DNA from: Eledone cirrhosa
Taxonomy: Eukaryota
Direction of reading: 5' to 3'
Assembly (NCBI GenBank): GCA_964016885.1
Contig: OZ024748.1
Coordinates: 1,488,001-1,552,000, forward strand
Length of the DNA stretch: 64,000 bases
The notes beneath the pieces were generated by a model that searched no databases, was not told the origin of the DNA, and saw only the letters and a program-made list of their open reading frames with translations. Positions 1-13,236 of this stretch are shown in pieces. The position numbers and the translations under genes are program-made. Positions within the stretch are counted from its first letter, which is position 1. Each line of letters begins with the position of its first letter.

Positions 1-489
1 AGCACAAAAGGATGAAAGGCAAAGCTGATCTCTGTAGGATTTGAACTCAGAGTGTGGTGAGCCAGAATAGATACTGCAAAGAATTCTATCCCACATTCTC
101 ACAACTCCGGCAATTCCTTGTTACATTACTTTATTTTATTTGTCATCCTTTGCCCTTTATATATTTCTACCACATGAGCAAGGTACAGGGCGGCCAATCT
201 GTCCAGACTTGTCTCATAACGGGGACAACCCATCTAACCCATGCAAGCCTGGAAAATGGACGTTAAACAGTGATGATGATGTACCAGCTTTCTGAAACTT
301 AGTCATATCTGATCAGCTTCTTTTTAACATTATTTTAACTACTTTATTCACATTAATAATAGTTAATTATGGAAAATTGATAGTATCTTGTTTTCTGTCC
401 ACTAACACAGTAGAAAAAGTTGAAATCTAAGAAATGTTCCTATCTGTCAGGATGTTTGACATAAATCCACAAATCAGCAATGCTCGGAC

Positions 490-830
490 ACTAGATAAAT
501 GAATGCAGGATGGTTGTGTCACCCTGCACACATCTTGGACAGGACCAGTTGCCAGCACTTCCATGCTTGTAGAGTTTATTTCAAGCTGACAATGCTCTCC
601 AGTAGCATTGCCAGGCCAGAGATTTCTGGAAGTTATCCATGGACTTCAAGAAAAGCCTGGCTATTAGATTTTCTTTGACACCCAGAGTCTCCCCAAGAAT
701 GTCACCCCTTTTACCTGCCACTAACCCTCTATAGAACACCAAAGTAGAGTTCCGAACAATTGGCAGAGGGCCATGAGCGTTTCCACACACTCCCTCTCAG
801 TCTTTACTTGACCCAGAACTGCAGCTCTCT
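490..830 (-). mobile_element. Old L1/Tx1-like ORF2 C-terminal remnant
   Basis: LAWQCYWRAL then CPRCVQGDTTILH (CxxC...H zinc-knuckle-like), frameshifted. Confidence 0.5.
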
Positions 831-1514
831 CAAGGAAAGGTAGGGAAACATATCTAACAAATGGCGACCACAGGAAAAACTGGAGCTGATGTAGTCAATA
901 ATAATAATAGTTTGATTTAGGCACAAGGCCAAACATTTTGGAGGAGGGGAAAATTGATTAAATCGAGCCCCATGCATTACTGGTACTTTATTTTATGAAG
1001 GATGAACGGCAAAGCTAACTTCAGCAGGATTTGAACTCAGAATGTAAAGGGTTCTAACTATGCCAAAAAGCATGTTGTCCGACAATAATAATAATTGTTA
1101 TTGTTGCATTAGGGACTTAACAGAAAGATTCCTGAAAGACATAGGTAACAAATAACAACAAACGCTGACCCAAACACTGCTTTACTGGGTACAGTTAGAC
1201 TCCTCAGAGACATCCTTGAGCACTAAGGAAACTCATTGTGACCCAACCTTAAGGACAAAAAATTCCAATTTATTTGTGCAAAACATTCATAATAATAATG
1301 ACAGCAGTGCTATATTTAGTTATCGCTTGTGGTGAGTAGTTTTAATGAGAGAGAGGTTAAGGTGATTACCAGGTTAAATAGCAGTAACACACAGAATTGA
1401 TTGACACTGATAGAAAAGCCTTCATCCGAAAATACCTGATGTGTGTGTGTCTACTTGTGTCTGTGTGTGTGTACCTGTGTGATTGAGATATTTACCTTCA
1501 TTTGAAAATACCTG

Positions 1515-1525
1515 ATGTATGTGCG

Positions 1526-1570
<45 letters not shown>

Positions 1571-2780
1571 CTGTGAGTACCTGTGTGTGTACTTCTGTGA
1601 CTGTCTGCCTGCATGTGAGTGTGTGCATATGTACCACTGTGTGATCTGTGAATATGTACCACTGTGTGTGTGTGTGTACCTCAGTGTGTGTGTGTACCTC
1701 AGTGTGTCTCTCAGTGTGTCTGTGTGTGTGTACCTCAGTGTGTGTGTGTGTGTGTGTGTACCTCAGTGTGTGTGTGTGTGTATCTCAGTGTGTGTGTGTG
1801 TGTGTACCTCAGTGTGTCTGTGTGTGTGTGTGTACCTCAGTGTGTGTATGTGTGTGTGTGTGTACCTCTGTGTGGTCTGTGTGTGTGTACCTCTGTGTGG
1901 TCTGTGTGTGTGTGTACCTCTGTGTGATGTGTGTGTGTACCTCAGTGTGATCTGTGTGTGTGTGTACCTCAGTGTGATCTGTGTGTGTGTGTACCTCTGT
2001 GTGATCTGTGTGTGTATCTCAGTGTGATCTGTGTGTGTACCTCAGTGTGATCTGTGTGTGTACCTCTGTGTGATCTGTGTGTGTGTGTACCTCTGTGTGA
2101 TGTGTGTGTGTACCTCAGTGTGATCTGTGTGTGTGTGTACCTCAGTGTGATCTGTGTGTGTACCTCTGTGTGATCTGTGTGTGTATCTCAGTGTGATCTG
2201 TGTGTGTACCTCAGTGTGATCTGTGTGTGTACCTCTGTGTGATCTGTGTGTGTACCTCTGTGTGTGTACCTCAGTGTGTGTGTGTGTACCTCAGTGTGAT
2301 CTGTGTGTGTACCTCTGTGTGGTCTGTGTGTGTGTACCTCTGTGTGTGTGTGTGTGTACCTCTGTGTGGTCTGTGTGTGTGTACCTCAGTGTGATCTGTG
2401 TGTGTACCTCTGTGTGGTCTGTGTGTGTGTACCTCTGTGTGATCTGTGTGTGTACCTCTGTGTGTGTACCTCAGTGTGTGTGTGTGTACCTCAGTGTGAT
2501 CTGTGTGCGTGTACCTCAGTGTGATCTGTGTGTGTACCTCTGTGTGTGTACCTCAGTGTGTGTGTGTGTACCTCAGTGTGATCTGTGTGCGTGTACCTCA
2601 GTGTGATCTGTGTGTGTACCTCTGTGTGTGTACCTCAGTGTGTGTGTGTGTACCTCAGTGTGATCTGTGTGTGTACCTCTGTGTGGTCTGTGTGTGTGTA
2701 CCTCTGTGTGATCTGTGTGTGTACCTCTGTGTGTGTACCTCAGTGTGTGTGTGTGTACCTCAGTGTGATCTGAGTGTGTG
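1515..2780. repeat. Compound (GT)n / GTACCTC(A/T)GTGTG(A/G)TCT minisatellite
   Basis: About 1.25 kb of variable units of about 20-28 bp, flanked by duplicated GTGTGATTGAGATATTTACC (about 1477 and 2776). Confidence 0.95.
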
Positions 2781-3334
2781 ATTGAGATATTTACCAGGTG
2801 AGACTGATGCACTGTTAAACTACGTGGCTCATGACAAAAGAAAAAAAAACATTGATCAAATAATTCACTTTCCACATCAACAGATTTTACAACCCATTCT
2901 TATTGGACACACAAAAAAAATAAGAGAAAGCAGGTGGGTGAGCACCACAAGTGCCGTGCACCCTTTTGTTACCATATTTCAAATGTACTATACACTGCCT
3001 GTGTCAGAAAATCAACAGCCCCACCCCACGAGGTGGGGTGGCTGTTGCAGCAGGTATCGCTACCAGGGGTAGTTTAAATTTAAGTACATGGCCAGCAATT
3101 TTGAGTGAAGAGAAATTTAGTTATATCAATCTGCTAGTACTTTACTGGTACTATCCACTCTGGAGATGAAAGACAAAGCTGACCCAGGATCTCAACTCAG
3201 AATGCAAAGAGCCAGAACAAATTCCGCAAAGCATGGTGTCTGACACTCTACCGATACTGCCAATAATAATGATTCCTTTCTTTCCTTCTTTATTTTGTTA
3301 TTTGTTTATTATTTATGACCAGCAGCTGTTTATA

Positions 3335-3630
3335 GAGACACCTGGCCTAGTGGTAAGGGTGTTGGACTTATGATCATAATGTTGTGGGTTCAATACCTGA
3401 GCTAGGTTGTGTGTTGTGTTCTTGAGTAAAACACTTCATTTCATGTTACTCCAGTATACTCAGCTGAAAATGAGTACCAGCAATAGCTGGAGGTTGTAAG
3501 CCTGAGATGGACTGGCGTCCTGTCCATGGGAGAGGAGATTCTTCTACTCTCAGTCACTTCACGTCACGAAACCAGGATAAGCGCCGGCCTGACGAGCCTC
3601 ATTGGCTTGAGACAGACAGAGCTAATTTAC
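3335..3630 (+). mobile_element. tRNA-derived SINE with a V-domain-like core
   Basis: tRNA-like head (TGGCCTAGTGG...GGTTCAATACC) and GATGGACTGGCGTCCTGTCCA core. Second copy at 47527-47805. Confidence 0.7.
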
Positions 3631-4009
3631 TCCCATTTTTCCCTTCTGTCATAGACTGGACAAGACTTTTCAAGGCTGGATGCTTTTCCTGATGCCAACC
3701 TTCACTTTTTTTTATTAATAAGATACAGGCCGTTTCATTTTTTATACACATCACTTTTTTTATTATCATTTTTTAACTTTGCCTTTCATCCTTACGGGGT
3801 CGATAAAATAAAGTACCAGTAATGTACTGGATAATTTCTGGCCTTGTGCCAAAAGTAGAAACAATTTTTTTTTTTTTTTGTGTTCCAACTAAATCAGTTT
3901 CAGTAAAGCCTTCGTAAAAGTTTCAATTCCACTTTCCATCGCCATATTTGTTTATATAATAAATTTTCTTTATAAAACATGTTGCTCTATCTATCTATCT
4001 ATCCCTACT

Positions 4010-5027
4010 CTCGAGCCACTACTGCGGAAGTTGGAGCTACTGCAGGGCATCCCGTTGGAACCGGGACTGCGAAAAGTGGCATCGGCCTACGCCGCCGACG
4101 AGACAGTAATGGTGTTGAGCACCTCGTAAATCGGTGAGGTCAGCACCTTACTGGAGGAATACGAAAGGTTCACAGGAGCTAAGCTGAACCGGGACAAGTT
4201 CGTCGGTTTGCAACTCAGAACATGGAGAGACAAACCGATGCCTTCCGACGCCGTCGTCGGATGCTGGACAGAGGGACCGGTGAAGCTGCTCGGGGTCTGG
4301 TTCGGACCGGACCTCCAGGTGGAGAAAAACTGGAACGAGGTGATGGCCAAGGTGTTTGCGCTCGCCCAGAAATGGGCCGAGTGCAAACTATCCTTGAAAC
4401 GTTGAGCTGAGGTGGCGAACGCTTTCATAGCGTCTGTCATCTATTACCGCTTGACCGTCGTGGGACAAATCCGGTTGACCACCGAGTCCATTATTGCGAT
4501 GAAACCGCCACCTTCCTTCAAAAACGAAAGAGAGGCGGTTTTCCTCTGTGTAACAGCTATGGTGAAAGAGGTTATATGGTGAACGAGGCTGAAAGGACTG
4601 AGGTCAGACACCTTTCTCTCCGGCGAACAACTGGTTCGCTTCTTCAAATATCATTTTAGAAGAAGAATCAGAGTGGAGAGCGAGGTGCTGCACCCCAGCA
4701 AATTTTACGAAAGGTGGGTGAATGTGGCAAGGATGGCCCGAGTGGTTGGGCCTTCTCTCTATATAAACCTGTAGGTTGAGGAAAAAGAGAAAGAGAGGAA
4801 AGGAGCGCTCACTCTTCGTGCTCCTGGAGATGAGGGTTGTACATTTTTTCGGGGTGTGTATAACCCATGTGTAACGCCTCCCCTCTATTGGGGATTTCAA
4901 TTGTTAATTGTTATTTGTTATTTTTATTAATTCTATTTTCTTACACGCATGTATGTAAACTCCCCACTCTGTATTTGTCCCCATCTTTTTGTGCCCTTGT
5001 GGCAAATAAAGAAATATATCTATCTAT
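4010..5027 (+). mobile_element. 5'-truncated, degenerate L1/Tx1-clade LINE (RT C-terminal half plus 3' UTR)
   Basis: SAYAAD (YADD remnant), YERFTGAKLNRDK and VKLLGVWFG, with stops and deletions. AATAAA at about 5005; flanked by (TCTA)n. Confidence 0.85.
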
Positions 5028-6240
5028 GGCACTGGTTTGCTACTTTTACTTTTGACAGACAAAAGCAAACCAGTGCCCTATCTATCAACTGACGCTAATT
5101 AGCAGCAAGCATTTTGTAAACTAACTTATTTTATAGTCATGCTAACTATTTATAAACACTCCCTGGCTTCAGATTCGACTCTGAATGAATTTTTTAAAAT
5201 ATCACCACTAGGATCTGATGTCTATAACGTATAAATTGTCTATCTTTCACTCAAAATCTTATCTTCTTTCTACCAACAACACCACCGCTCCACTCTACCC
5301 TTTCCAAATAAACTAAAGAAAAAAAAAACACCTTCACTACTAAAAATAATAATAGTTTCTGATTTAGACACAAGGCCAACAATTTGGGGAGAGGGGAAAA
5401 TCGTTTTAATCAACCCAGTACGTTACTGGTACTTTATTTTATCGACCCCGTAAGGATGAAAGGCAAAGTTAACTTTGGCAGAATTTGAACTCAGAACATA
5501 AAGGACCGTAACTATGCCACGAAACATGGGTGTCCGGTGCTCTACCGAAACTGGCAATCCACCACCCTGTTTTTAAAATAATAATAAACGTGTGTTTAGC
5601 TATTATTTCTAGCAGGATGAGCGACCACATAGAAGTTAGCTCCTCTATTCAATGATTATTTTTGAATACTTCTAAATTAGATTAAATTTCATTAAAGAAC
5701 CATGCATTATATATGTAGAACCCCCCCCCCCCCTCTCTCTCTGCAGGACACTCCTCCTCCCTCAAAATTCTACCCCCTCTCCTTCATTTGATGTTTTCTC
5801 TCTACGTACCACCACCTCCACCACCACCTTATGGAATTAAAACACCTTTGTTTATTCACAGCTGTCTAAAGGTTACTGTACATATATTGTCACACAGAAA
5901 ATACACAACGTACCAAACACACAAACATGCACATTAAACACCCACACATACATACACCAAACACACAACACAAACTCACCCACTAAACACACATGCACCG
6001 CACGCATCAAACACGCACACACAAACACCACACATCAAACAAACACACACACACACACACACTAGTTGCTTTTGAAAACGTGCATAGAATGTAATTGTTT
6101 TTTAAAGAGTTTGGTGATCTGTTTCTCCTCTCCACATTATCATTAGTCCTGCTTATTATTAAAGATTTCAACCATCAAATCAACATACAAAGAACGTGGA
6201 TTAATCAGAAAAACAGTGGACCATTTGAAGAGGGAGTCCC

Positions 6241-6757
6241 ATGAGGTGGGGTGGTTGTTGCAGCGGGTGTCCCTGGCCATTCTGTGGAGGACTGGGCCCT
6301 GTGAGGTAGGGTGGTTGTTGCAGCGGTGTCCCTGGCCATTCTGTGGAGGACTGGGCCCTGTGAGGTAGGGTGGCTGTTGCAGCAGGTGTCCCTGGCCATT
6401 CTGTGGAGGACTGGGCCCTGTGAGGTAGGGTGGCTGTAGCAGCAGGTGTTCCTGACCATTCTGTGGAGGACTGGGCCCTGTGAGGTAGGGTGGCTGTTGC
6501 AGCAGGTGTTCCTGACCATTCTGTGGAGGACTGGGCCCTGTGAGGTAGGGTGGCTGTTGCAGCAGGTGTTCCTGACCATTCTGTGGAGGACTGGGCCCTG
6601 TGAGGTAGGGTGGCTGTTGCAGCAGGTGTTCCTGACCATTCTGTGGAGGACTGGGCCCTGTGAGGTAGGGTGGCTGTTGCAGCAGGTGTCCCTGGCCATT
6701 CTGTGGAGGACTGGGCCCTGTGGGTAGGGTGGCTGTTGCAGCAGGTGTTCCTGACCA
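6241..6757. repeat. 60-bp GC-rich minisatellite, about 8.5 copies
   Basis: Exact 60-nt periodicity: TGAGGTAGGGTGGCTGTTGCAGCAGGTGTTCCTGACCATTCTGTGGAGGACTGGGCCCTG. Confidence 0.97.
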
Positions 6758-6987
6758 CTCTCTGTAGTAATGCCTTTGTCATTATGTCTACGGTACAGCT
6801 CAGACTGGGATGTAGTGCTGTCTCTCATTGCTTGATTCTTATCTTGGTGTCACTGGACAATAAGCAATGGGTCTAATGATCGTTTCACATCACTGGACAA
6901 TGATCGTTTAACATCCATGTTCCATGCTTGCATGGGTTAGACGGGTTATCATATAATGAGACCAGTCAGGTGCGTAGACCGTGTCAT

Positions 6988-6996
6988 GAGAGAGAG

Positions 6997-7057
<61 letters not shown>

Positions 7058-7065
7058 GCGTGGGC

Positions 7066-7097
<32 letters not shown>

Positions 7098-7402
7098 TGT
7101 GTGTGGTGTGTGTGTGTGGTGTGTGGTGTGGTGTGGTGTGGGGTGTGTGGTGTGGTGTGGTGTGGTGTGGGGTGGGGTGGGGTGTGGGGTGTGGTGTGGT
7201 GTGGTGTGGTGTGGTGTGGTGTGGTGTGGTGTGGTGTGGTGTGGTGTGGTGTGGTGTGGTGTGGTGTGGTGTGGTGTGGTGTGGTGTGGTGTGGTGTGGT
7301 GTGGTGTGGTGTGGTGTGGTGTGGTGTGGTGTGGTGTGGTGTGGTGTGGTGTGGTGTGGTGTGGTGTAGTGTGGTGTGGTGTGGTGTGTGTGTGTGTGTG
7401 TG
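6988..7402. repeat. (GA)n-(GT)n-(GTGGT)n microsatellite
   Basis: Direct reading. Confidence 0.97.
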
Positions 7403-7551
7403 TAAAATTCATATGTAACGAATATCATTATAATGAATTTTTTAATCGCTGGCCACACGCTCGATGTTTTAGGACGATCTCGTTATAAAGAATTTTTCAT
7501 TACAACGAATTTTTTTTATACTCTGTGAATTTGGTTATAACAGAATTCTAC

Positions 7552-7588
<37 letters not shown>

Positions 7589-7797
7589 CACTATCTCTCC
7601 ACTTTCTGCTTCAAATGATAACAGAGAGGGGGAGGAAGTGGAGAGGACGGTGTTCACAATAGAAAGAAAATATTGTGGACATTTAGCCTCGATAGCGAGA
7701 GATAATTTATTGATAAAGAACAATGAAATTTAGGGGGGGGGGGGGGTGAATGTATATAAGCGAACATACACCAGCACACACACACACACACACACAC

Positions 7798-7988
7798 CAG
7801 ACCTGCCAGCCTCTAAAAACCCAAATGAGGAGTGCCATGAAAAAAAAAGTGCCCCAAAACGGGAGAGAAATGAGATTTTACATAATGGAAGCTATATCCC
7901 ACCCACATAATGGAAGACATCTCCCACCCACCCCGATGTGGGTGGGAGATCTCCCCGTCGGGTCGGATGGGGTGAGTTGACAGGTCTG
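7798..7988. mobile_element. hAT-like MITE
   Basis: Termini CAGACCTGCCAGC / GTTGACAGGTCTG; internal ATCTCCCACCCAC..GTGGGTGGGAGAT hairpin. Confidence 0.6.
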
Positions 7989-8336
7989 CATGCATGCATA
8001 CTTACGAACATGCATACAACACGACTAGTTAGGAAATTACAAGTACAATCCATTAATGGAACAGTAAAAATATGTAAAACTTCCCAAAATTCTGCATCTA
8101 ATAACTGCATATACACATGTACAGATACAAAGCATATACACATGCACACATACAACTCAAAACATCCACATCCACACATACAATAACATCCATATCTACA
8201 CATGCATGCAGACATACATATCTACCTAGTTGATGTTGTGTAAATTCCAATGAGAGAGTCTTGTGTCTATGTTAGAAACCGACTCTCTCTCTCTATTGGC
8301 AAACATTTGTGAAATTATAAAACCAGAAGAACATAC

Positions 8337-8439
<103 letters not shown>

Positions 8440-8959
8440 CATGACATTTAACCCCTTTGATACCAAATCACCCTCGATTCTATCTACAAACCTTCCATTG
8501 TAGTAATACACTGGGATAATTGCTGACCTTGTGCCAAAAGTAGAAACAATTATAATTATATGTAAAAAAAAAATCCCTTGATATTCTAAACACCAGCTTA
8601 CTTACCAATGAGGGATTTGATTATATAATTAAATACCTGGAAATGTGATGTATTTCGTTAGAAATATGGTAAGAGGTAAAATAGAATTTAGAATCTAAGC
8701 TAAATAAATAAATAAAATAAAATCTGTCTGCAATTTGGTTCGATACAGCAATCACAGACGGTTAGAATCCACCATCACTACTACTACTATTACTACTACT
8801 ACTACTACTACTACTAACACCACTATTATTACCACCACCATAACCACTTCCATTTGAAGTAATAAAATCAAGTGTTTTTTATAAAAAGAATATAGACATT
8901 TTTATACACGAGTTCATCATTAATTCCATGGTCACTGTAAATGAATGGAGTGGAATTGT

Positions 8960-9245
8960 GTCAATGACCAGGTCGCAAAGAGTTTGACGAAAATCTGAAC
9001 CGCGGCCCTGCAATGCTGGGGATAGAGAGACAAGCAAATACTGAGGGTTGTCTGGCAACTTCCTCTTTGCACCGGGGTCGCCATCAAGACCATAGGACAC
9101 CAGGCGTCCTCGGACCCCGTACAGCTGACCTCTTCTACAAAATCAAAATGACAGCAGCCCGTCCGAGGAAGAAGAGCCGCGAGATCGGGTGGCAGCAGAT
9201 GTAGCTGGCCATTGACCACAGTCGAAACACTGCTGTAACATAAGT
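8960..9245 (+). mobile_element. CRE-like non-LTR retrotransposon restriction-like endonuclease remnant
   Basis: Broken frames read ETSKY*GLSGNFLFAP / VAIKT / GVLGPRTADLF...REIGWQQM*LAI..RN. Confidence 0.55.
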
Positions 9246-9384
9246 GTAGAATTTGTTACCCTCTGCCCTTCTTCTTTTGTTGCCTAATGCTCTTTCCCTC
9301 TCATTTATAGTATTTATAGTCTTTTCTAATACTACTTTATTTTTTTTTTTGTTGTGACTGAATATCAAATTCTTTTTTTTTATA

Positions 9385-9572
9385 CAGGTAAAATTCCCTT
9401 ATAACGAATACCATTATAACGAATTTTCCAGTATAACAAAATATTTTTCAATCCCCGGCCACAAGTTCGATGTGTTAGGTCTATCTCGACCTAACACATC
9501 GTAAAACAATTTTTCGTTACAACGAAATTTTTCTATATGTCCCGTGAATTTCGTTATAACGGAATTTCACTG
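9385..9572. mobile_element. pogo/Tigger-like MITE
   Basis: TA TSD; TIR approximately CAGTGAAATTCCGTTATAACGAA. Copies at about 7400-7553 and 13231-13385. Confidence 0.78.
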
Positions 9573-10153
9573 TATATATATGTTTATGTAATTTTATCTA
9601 GGAATATATTTAAAAATAAAATATAAAGTCAATTCAAGTTTTTGTGTTGTATTTTTTATATTGTTTCAATGTCTAAATGTTTTCTTTTACAATAAAATCG
9701 ATATATCACTATACAATGGTACTTGACGGCTGACAGCACATTCTACAGAAAATAATGGCAATCCTAAACAATGATGGATGTGTGGTATATATAGAGGCCT
9801 CGTTTGCCGCCTTTAAAATGTGAGGGGGACAAAGCAACATTTGTTGGTCCTTAAAGGAGCATGTTAGTATTGCTTATGGAGCCTTTCCCGGACCCTATCA
9901 CATAAGTAAAATTTTACGCTAATTAGATTTTATATATTCAAATGAAGTTCAGATAAAAAAAAATAAGCTTAAAAAGAATTTATTATATCAAATAAACAAA
10001 AAGCAAAAGATGGTTTGTCCCTGTTCTTGAAAAAGTGGGTGGGGGGACTGGTCCCCGGGTACCCCCTGAAACAAGGCCCTTGGAACTGTATATATATATA
10101 TATATGTTATGGAATACTGTTAGCTTATCGCTAAAACAATTTCTATACCTTTC

Positions 10154-10221
<68 letters not shown>

Positions 10222-10223
<2 letters not shown>

Positions 10224-10409
10224 CGAAGTAAATGTGGTAAGGAACCAGGTGGACCATAACGCACCAAAGTACTCAATACTTAGGGTAGTAGAGTGGGTAA
10301 TAGGAACAAGTAAGACCCCGACGGCTGAGCTCAAGCCGTTTCGACGGCTAATTCTGACAGAATTAGCCGTCGAAACGGCTTGAGCTCAGCCATCGGGGTC
10401 TTACTTGTT

Positions 10410-10413
<4 letters not shown>
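10222..10413 (-). mobile_element. Penelope-like terminal-repeat fragment with a 56-bp fold-back, inserted in (TA)n
   Basis: Contains the hammerhead 3' half GAAA-CGGCT(tgagctc)AGCCG-TC. Palindrome spans 10301-10413. A near-identical copy lies at 11398-11588. Confidence 0.65.
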
Positions 10414-10454
<41 letters not shown>

Positions 10455-10456
<2 letters not shown>

Positions 10457-10726
10457 AGCAGATATTGCAATAGCCTGGGGTTCAAAGGCCCTCAACTCTT
10501 CAACAAGTTGCCAAGAAATTTGAGACATCTGCATGGTGTGGACGTGGATGTTTTCAAGAAACATCTCGACACCCTGCTATCCAGGATAACGGATGAGCCC
10601 ACAGCACGGTACGAAGGTAACCTAAGGGCAACGAACTCCCTCTTAGACCCATGGCCAGCCAACACAGGCTGGAGATAGAATGTGTAGTAACAAGGGCGGT
10701 GCCCCAGCCGGATTGCTGGTACAGGT

Positions 10727-10732
<6 letters not shown>
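10455..10732 (+). mobile_element. CR1-group LINE 3' end
   Basis: NSLGFKGPQLFNKLPRNLRHLHGVDVDVFKKHLDTLLSRITDEP is a typical CR1-group ORF2 tail. Confidence 0.75.
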
Positions 10733-10772
<40 letters not shown>

Positions 10773-11152
10773 AAGGTATGTGTACAAACCAATCAAGGAG
10801 AGACAAGAAAATATATTTATTCAAGAATTTGGTTCTGTATTCTCTAACAATAGTTTTATACATACATATATATATACATATATATATATGTTTTTTTCTC
10901 CATTGTATTTGTCCTGTGCGGAGAGAGAGAGAGAGAGAGAACCTCTGCATTGGTTATGGGTGTCCATGGGCTCTCGTGTTGACATCATTGTTGCCAACAT
11001 CTCCGTCTACAATCGATATATTTGCCCGCGGTACTCAAAATGGATAAAACATTCTAACTCAATCCCTATTCTACAGATCTGATACTCTGTTGGGTAGAAT
11101 GGCATTATGTAGACTTGCTACGAACATATTCACACATATACCAACAATACAT

Positions 11153-11183
<31 letters not shown>

Positions 11184-11397
11184 CATACATTCATACATAT
11201 ATACATACATTCATACATACATATACATACATGCACACACACACACACACACACATTCACACATATACATACATACACACATATACATACATTCACACAC
11301 ATACATACACACATATATAGCAACTATACATACATGCATGTGTATCTAGCTGTATATATATGTATATGTGTGTGAATGCATGTATATATATATATAT

Positions 11398-11588
11398 AAC
11401 GAAGGAAATGTGGTAAGGAACCAGGTGGACCATAACGCACCAAAGTACTCAATACTTAAGGTAGTAGAGTGGGTAATAGGAACGAGTAGGACCCCGACGG
11501 CTGAGCTCAAGCCGTTTCGACGGCTAATTCTGGACTAAAAAAAAAAATATCGGCTTGAGCTCAGCCGTCGGGGTCCTACTCGTTCCTA
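11398..11588 (-). mobile_element. Second copy of the same Penelope-like fragment, with its own fold-back
   Basis: High identity to 10222-10413; inverted arms at 11477-11514 and 11551-11588. Diverged relatives at about 15910-16030, 26240-26303 and 36870-36920. Confidence 0.62.
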
Positions 11589-11589
11589 C

Positions 11590-11661
11590 ATATATATATA
11601 TATATATATATATTTGTGTGTGAATGTATGTATATATATATATATATATATTTGAGTGTGA

Positions 11662-11696
<35 letters not shown>

Positions 11697-11703
11697 AGTG
11701 TGA

Positions 11704-11739
<36 letters not shown>

Positions 11740-12015
11740 GTGTGAATGTATGTATATATATATATATATATTTGAGTGTGAATGTATATATATATATATA
11801 TATATTTGTGTGTGAATGTATGTATATATATATATATTTGAGTGTGAATGTATATATATATATATATATATATATTTGAGTGTGTGAATGTATGTTTCAC
11901 AGTGATACAAAGAGTAAATTAAATAAATGGTTTCACACGTGTATATGTATATATGTGTGTGTATATATATGTATGTGTGTGTGTATATATATATATGTGT
12001 GTATATATATATATA

Positions 12016-12069
<54 letters not shown>

Positions 12070-12191
12070 TGTGTATATACATATCTATCTATCTATCTAT
12101 CTATATATATATATATATGTGTGTATATACATATCTATCTATCTATCTATATATATATATATATATGTGTGTATATACATATCTATCTATC

Positions 12192-12224
<33 letters not shown>

Positions 12225-12317
12225 ATATACATATCTATCTATCTATATATATATATATATATGTGTGTGTATATACATATCTATCTATCTATATATATGT
12301 GTGTATATACATATCTA

Positions 12318-12366
<49 letters not shown>

Positions 12367-12379
12367 ATATACATATCTA

Positions 12380-12418
<39 letters not shown>

Positions 12419-12431
12419 ATATACATATCTA

Positions 12432-12468
<37 letters not shown>

Positions 12469-12527
12469 ATATACATATCTATCTATCTATATATATATAT
12501 ATATATATGTGTGTATATACATATCTA

Positions 12528-12568
<41 letters not shown>

Positions 12569-12581
12569 ATATACATATCTA

Positions 12582-12616
<35 letters not shown>

Positions 12617-12639
12617 ATATCTATATATATCTATATATA

Positions 12640-12684
<45 letters not shown>

Positions 12685-12810
12685 ATATACATATCTATCT
12701 ATATATATATATATGTGTGTGTGTATATACATATCTCTATATACATATGTGTATATATGTATGTGTATATGTATGTATGTGTATATATGTGTGTATATAT
12801 GTATATATAA
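11590..12810. repeat. AT-rich compound microsatellite arrays
   Basis: (TA)n interrupted by TTTGAGTGTGAATG, then by GTGTGTATATACATATCTATC units. Confidence 0.95.
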
Positions 12811-13195
12811 ACTGCTGTATGCATATTCTGCTTTTTCCTTCCGTTGTCACACCTAAAACAGCCTCCCCTAATTATGGATGGATACCCCCATGGGTATTAG
12901 GTGACCACAGTTAAAAATGGTACTCAATACGTTTAGTAGAGTATAGGCATCTTTATTTTGTGTGTGTATATATACGGACATCATATGAAATATATATATA
13001 TATACGGACATCATATGAAATATATATATATAGGGACATCATATGAAAACTCACACTGGCAATATTACACACTTGTGTAGAATCATAACTACTTATAATA
13101 TCACATCCGACAGATAGAACTACTAATTCTACAAAACAGGTTGTGAGTGTATACATACACTATATATATATATATATATATATAGTGTATACATA

Positions 13196-13236
<41 letters not shown>

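Noticed and set aside
1515-2875. Long Cys/Val- or His/Thr-rich ORFs
   Set aside because: Translations of a (GT)n-based minisatellite; no splice or homology support.
6201-6782. Pro/Gln-rich frame as the HGS C-terminal region
   Set aside because: No intervening HGS exons, no LISFD-type clathrin box, and 1-nt indels between units.
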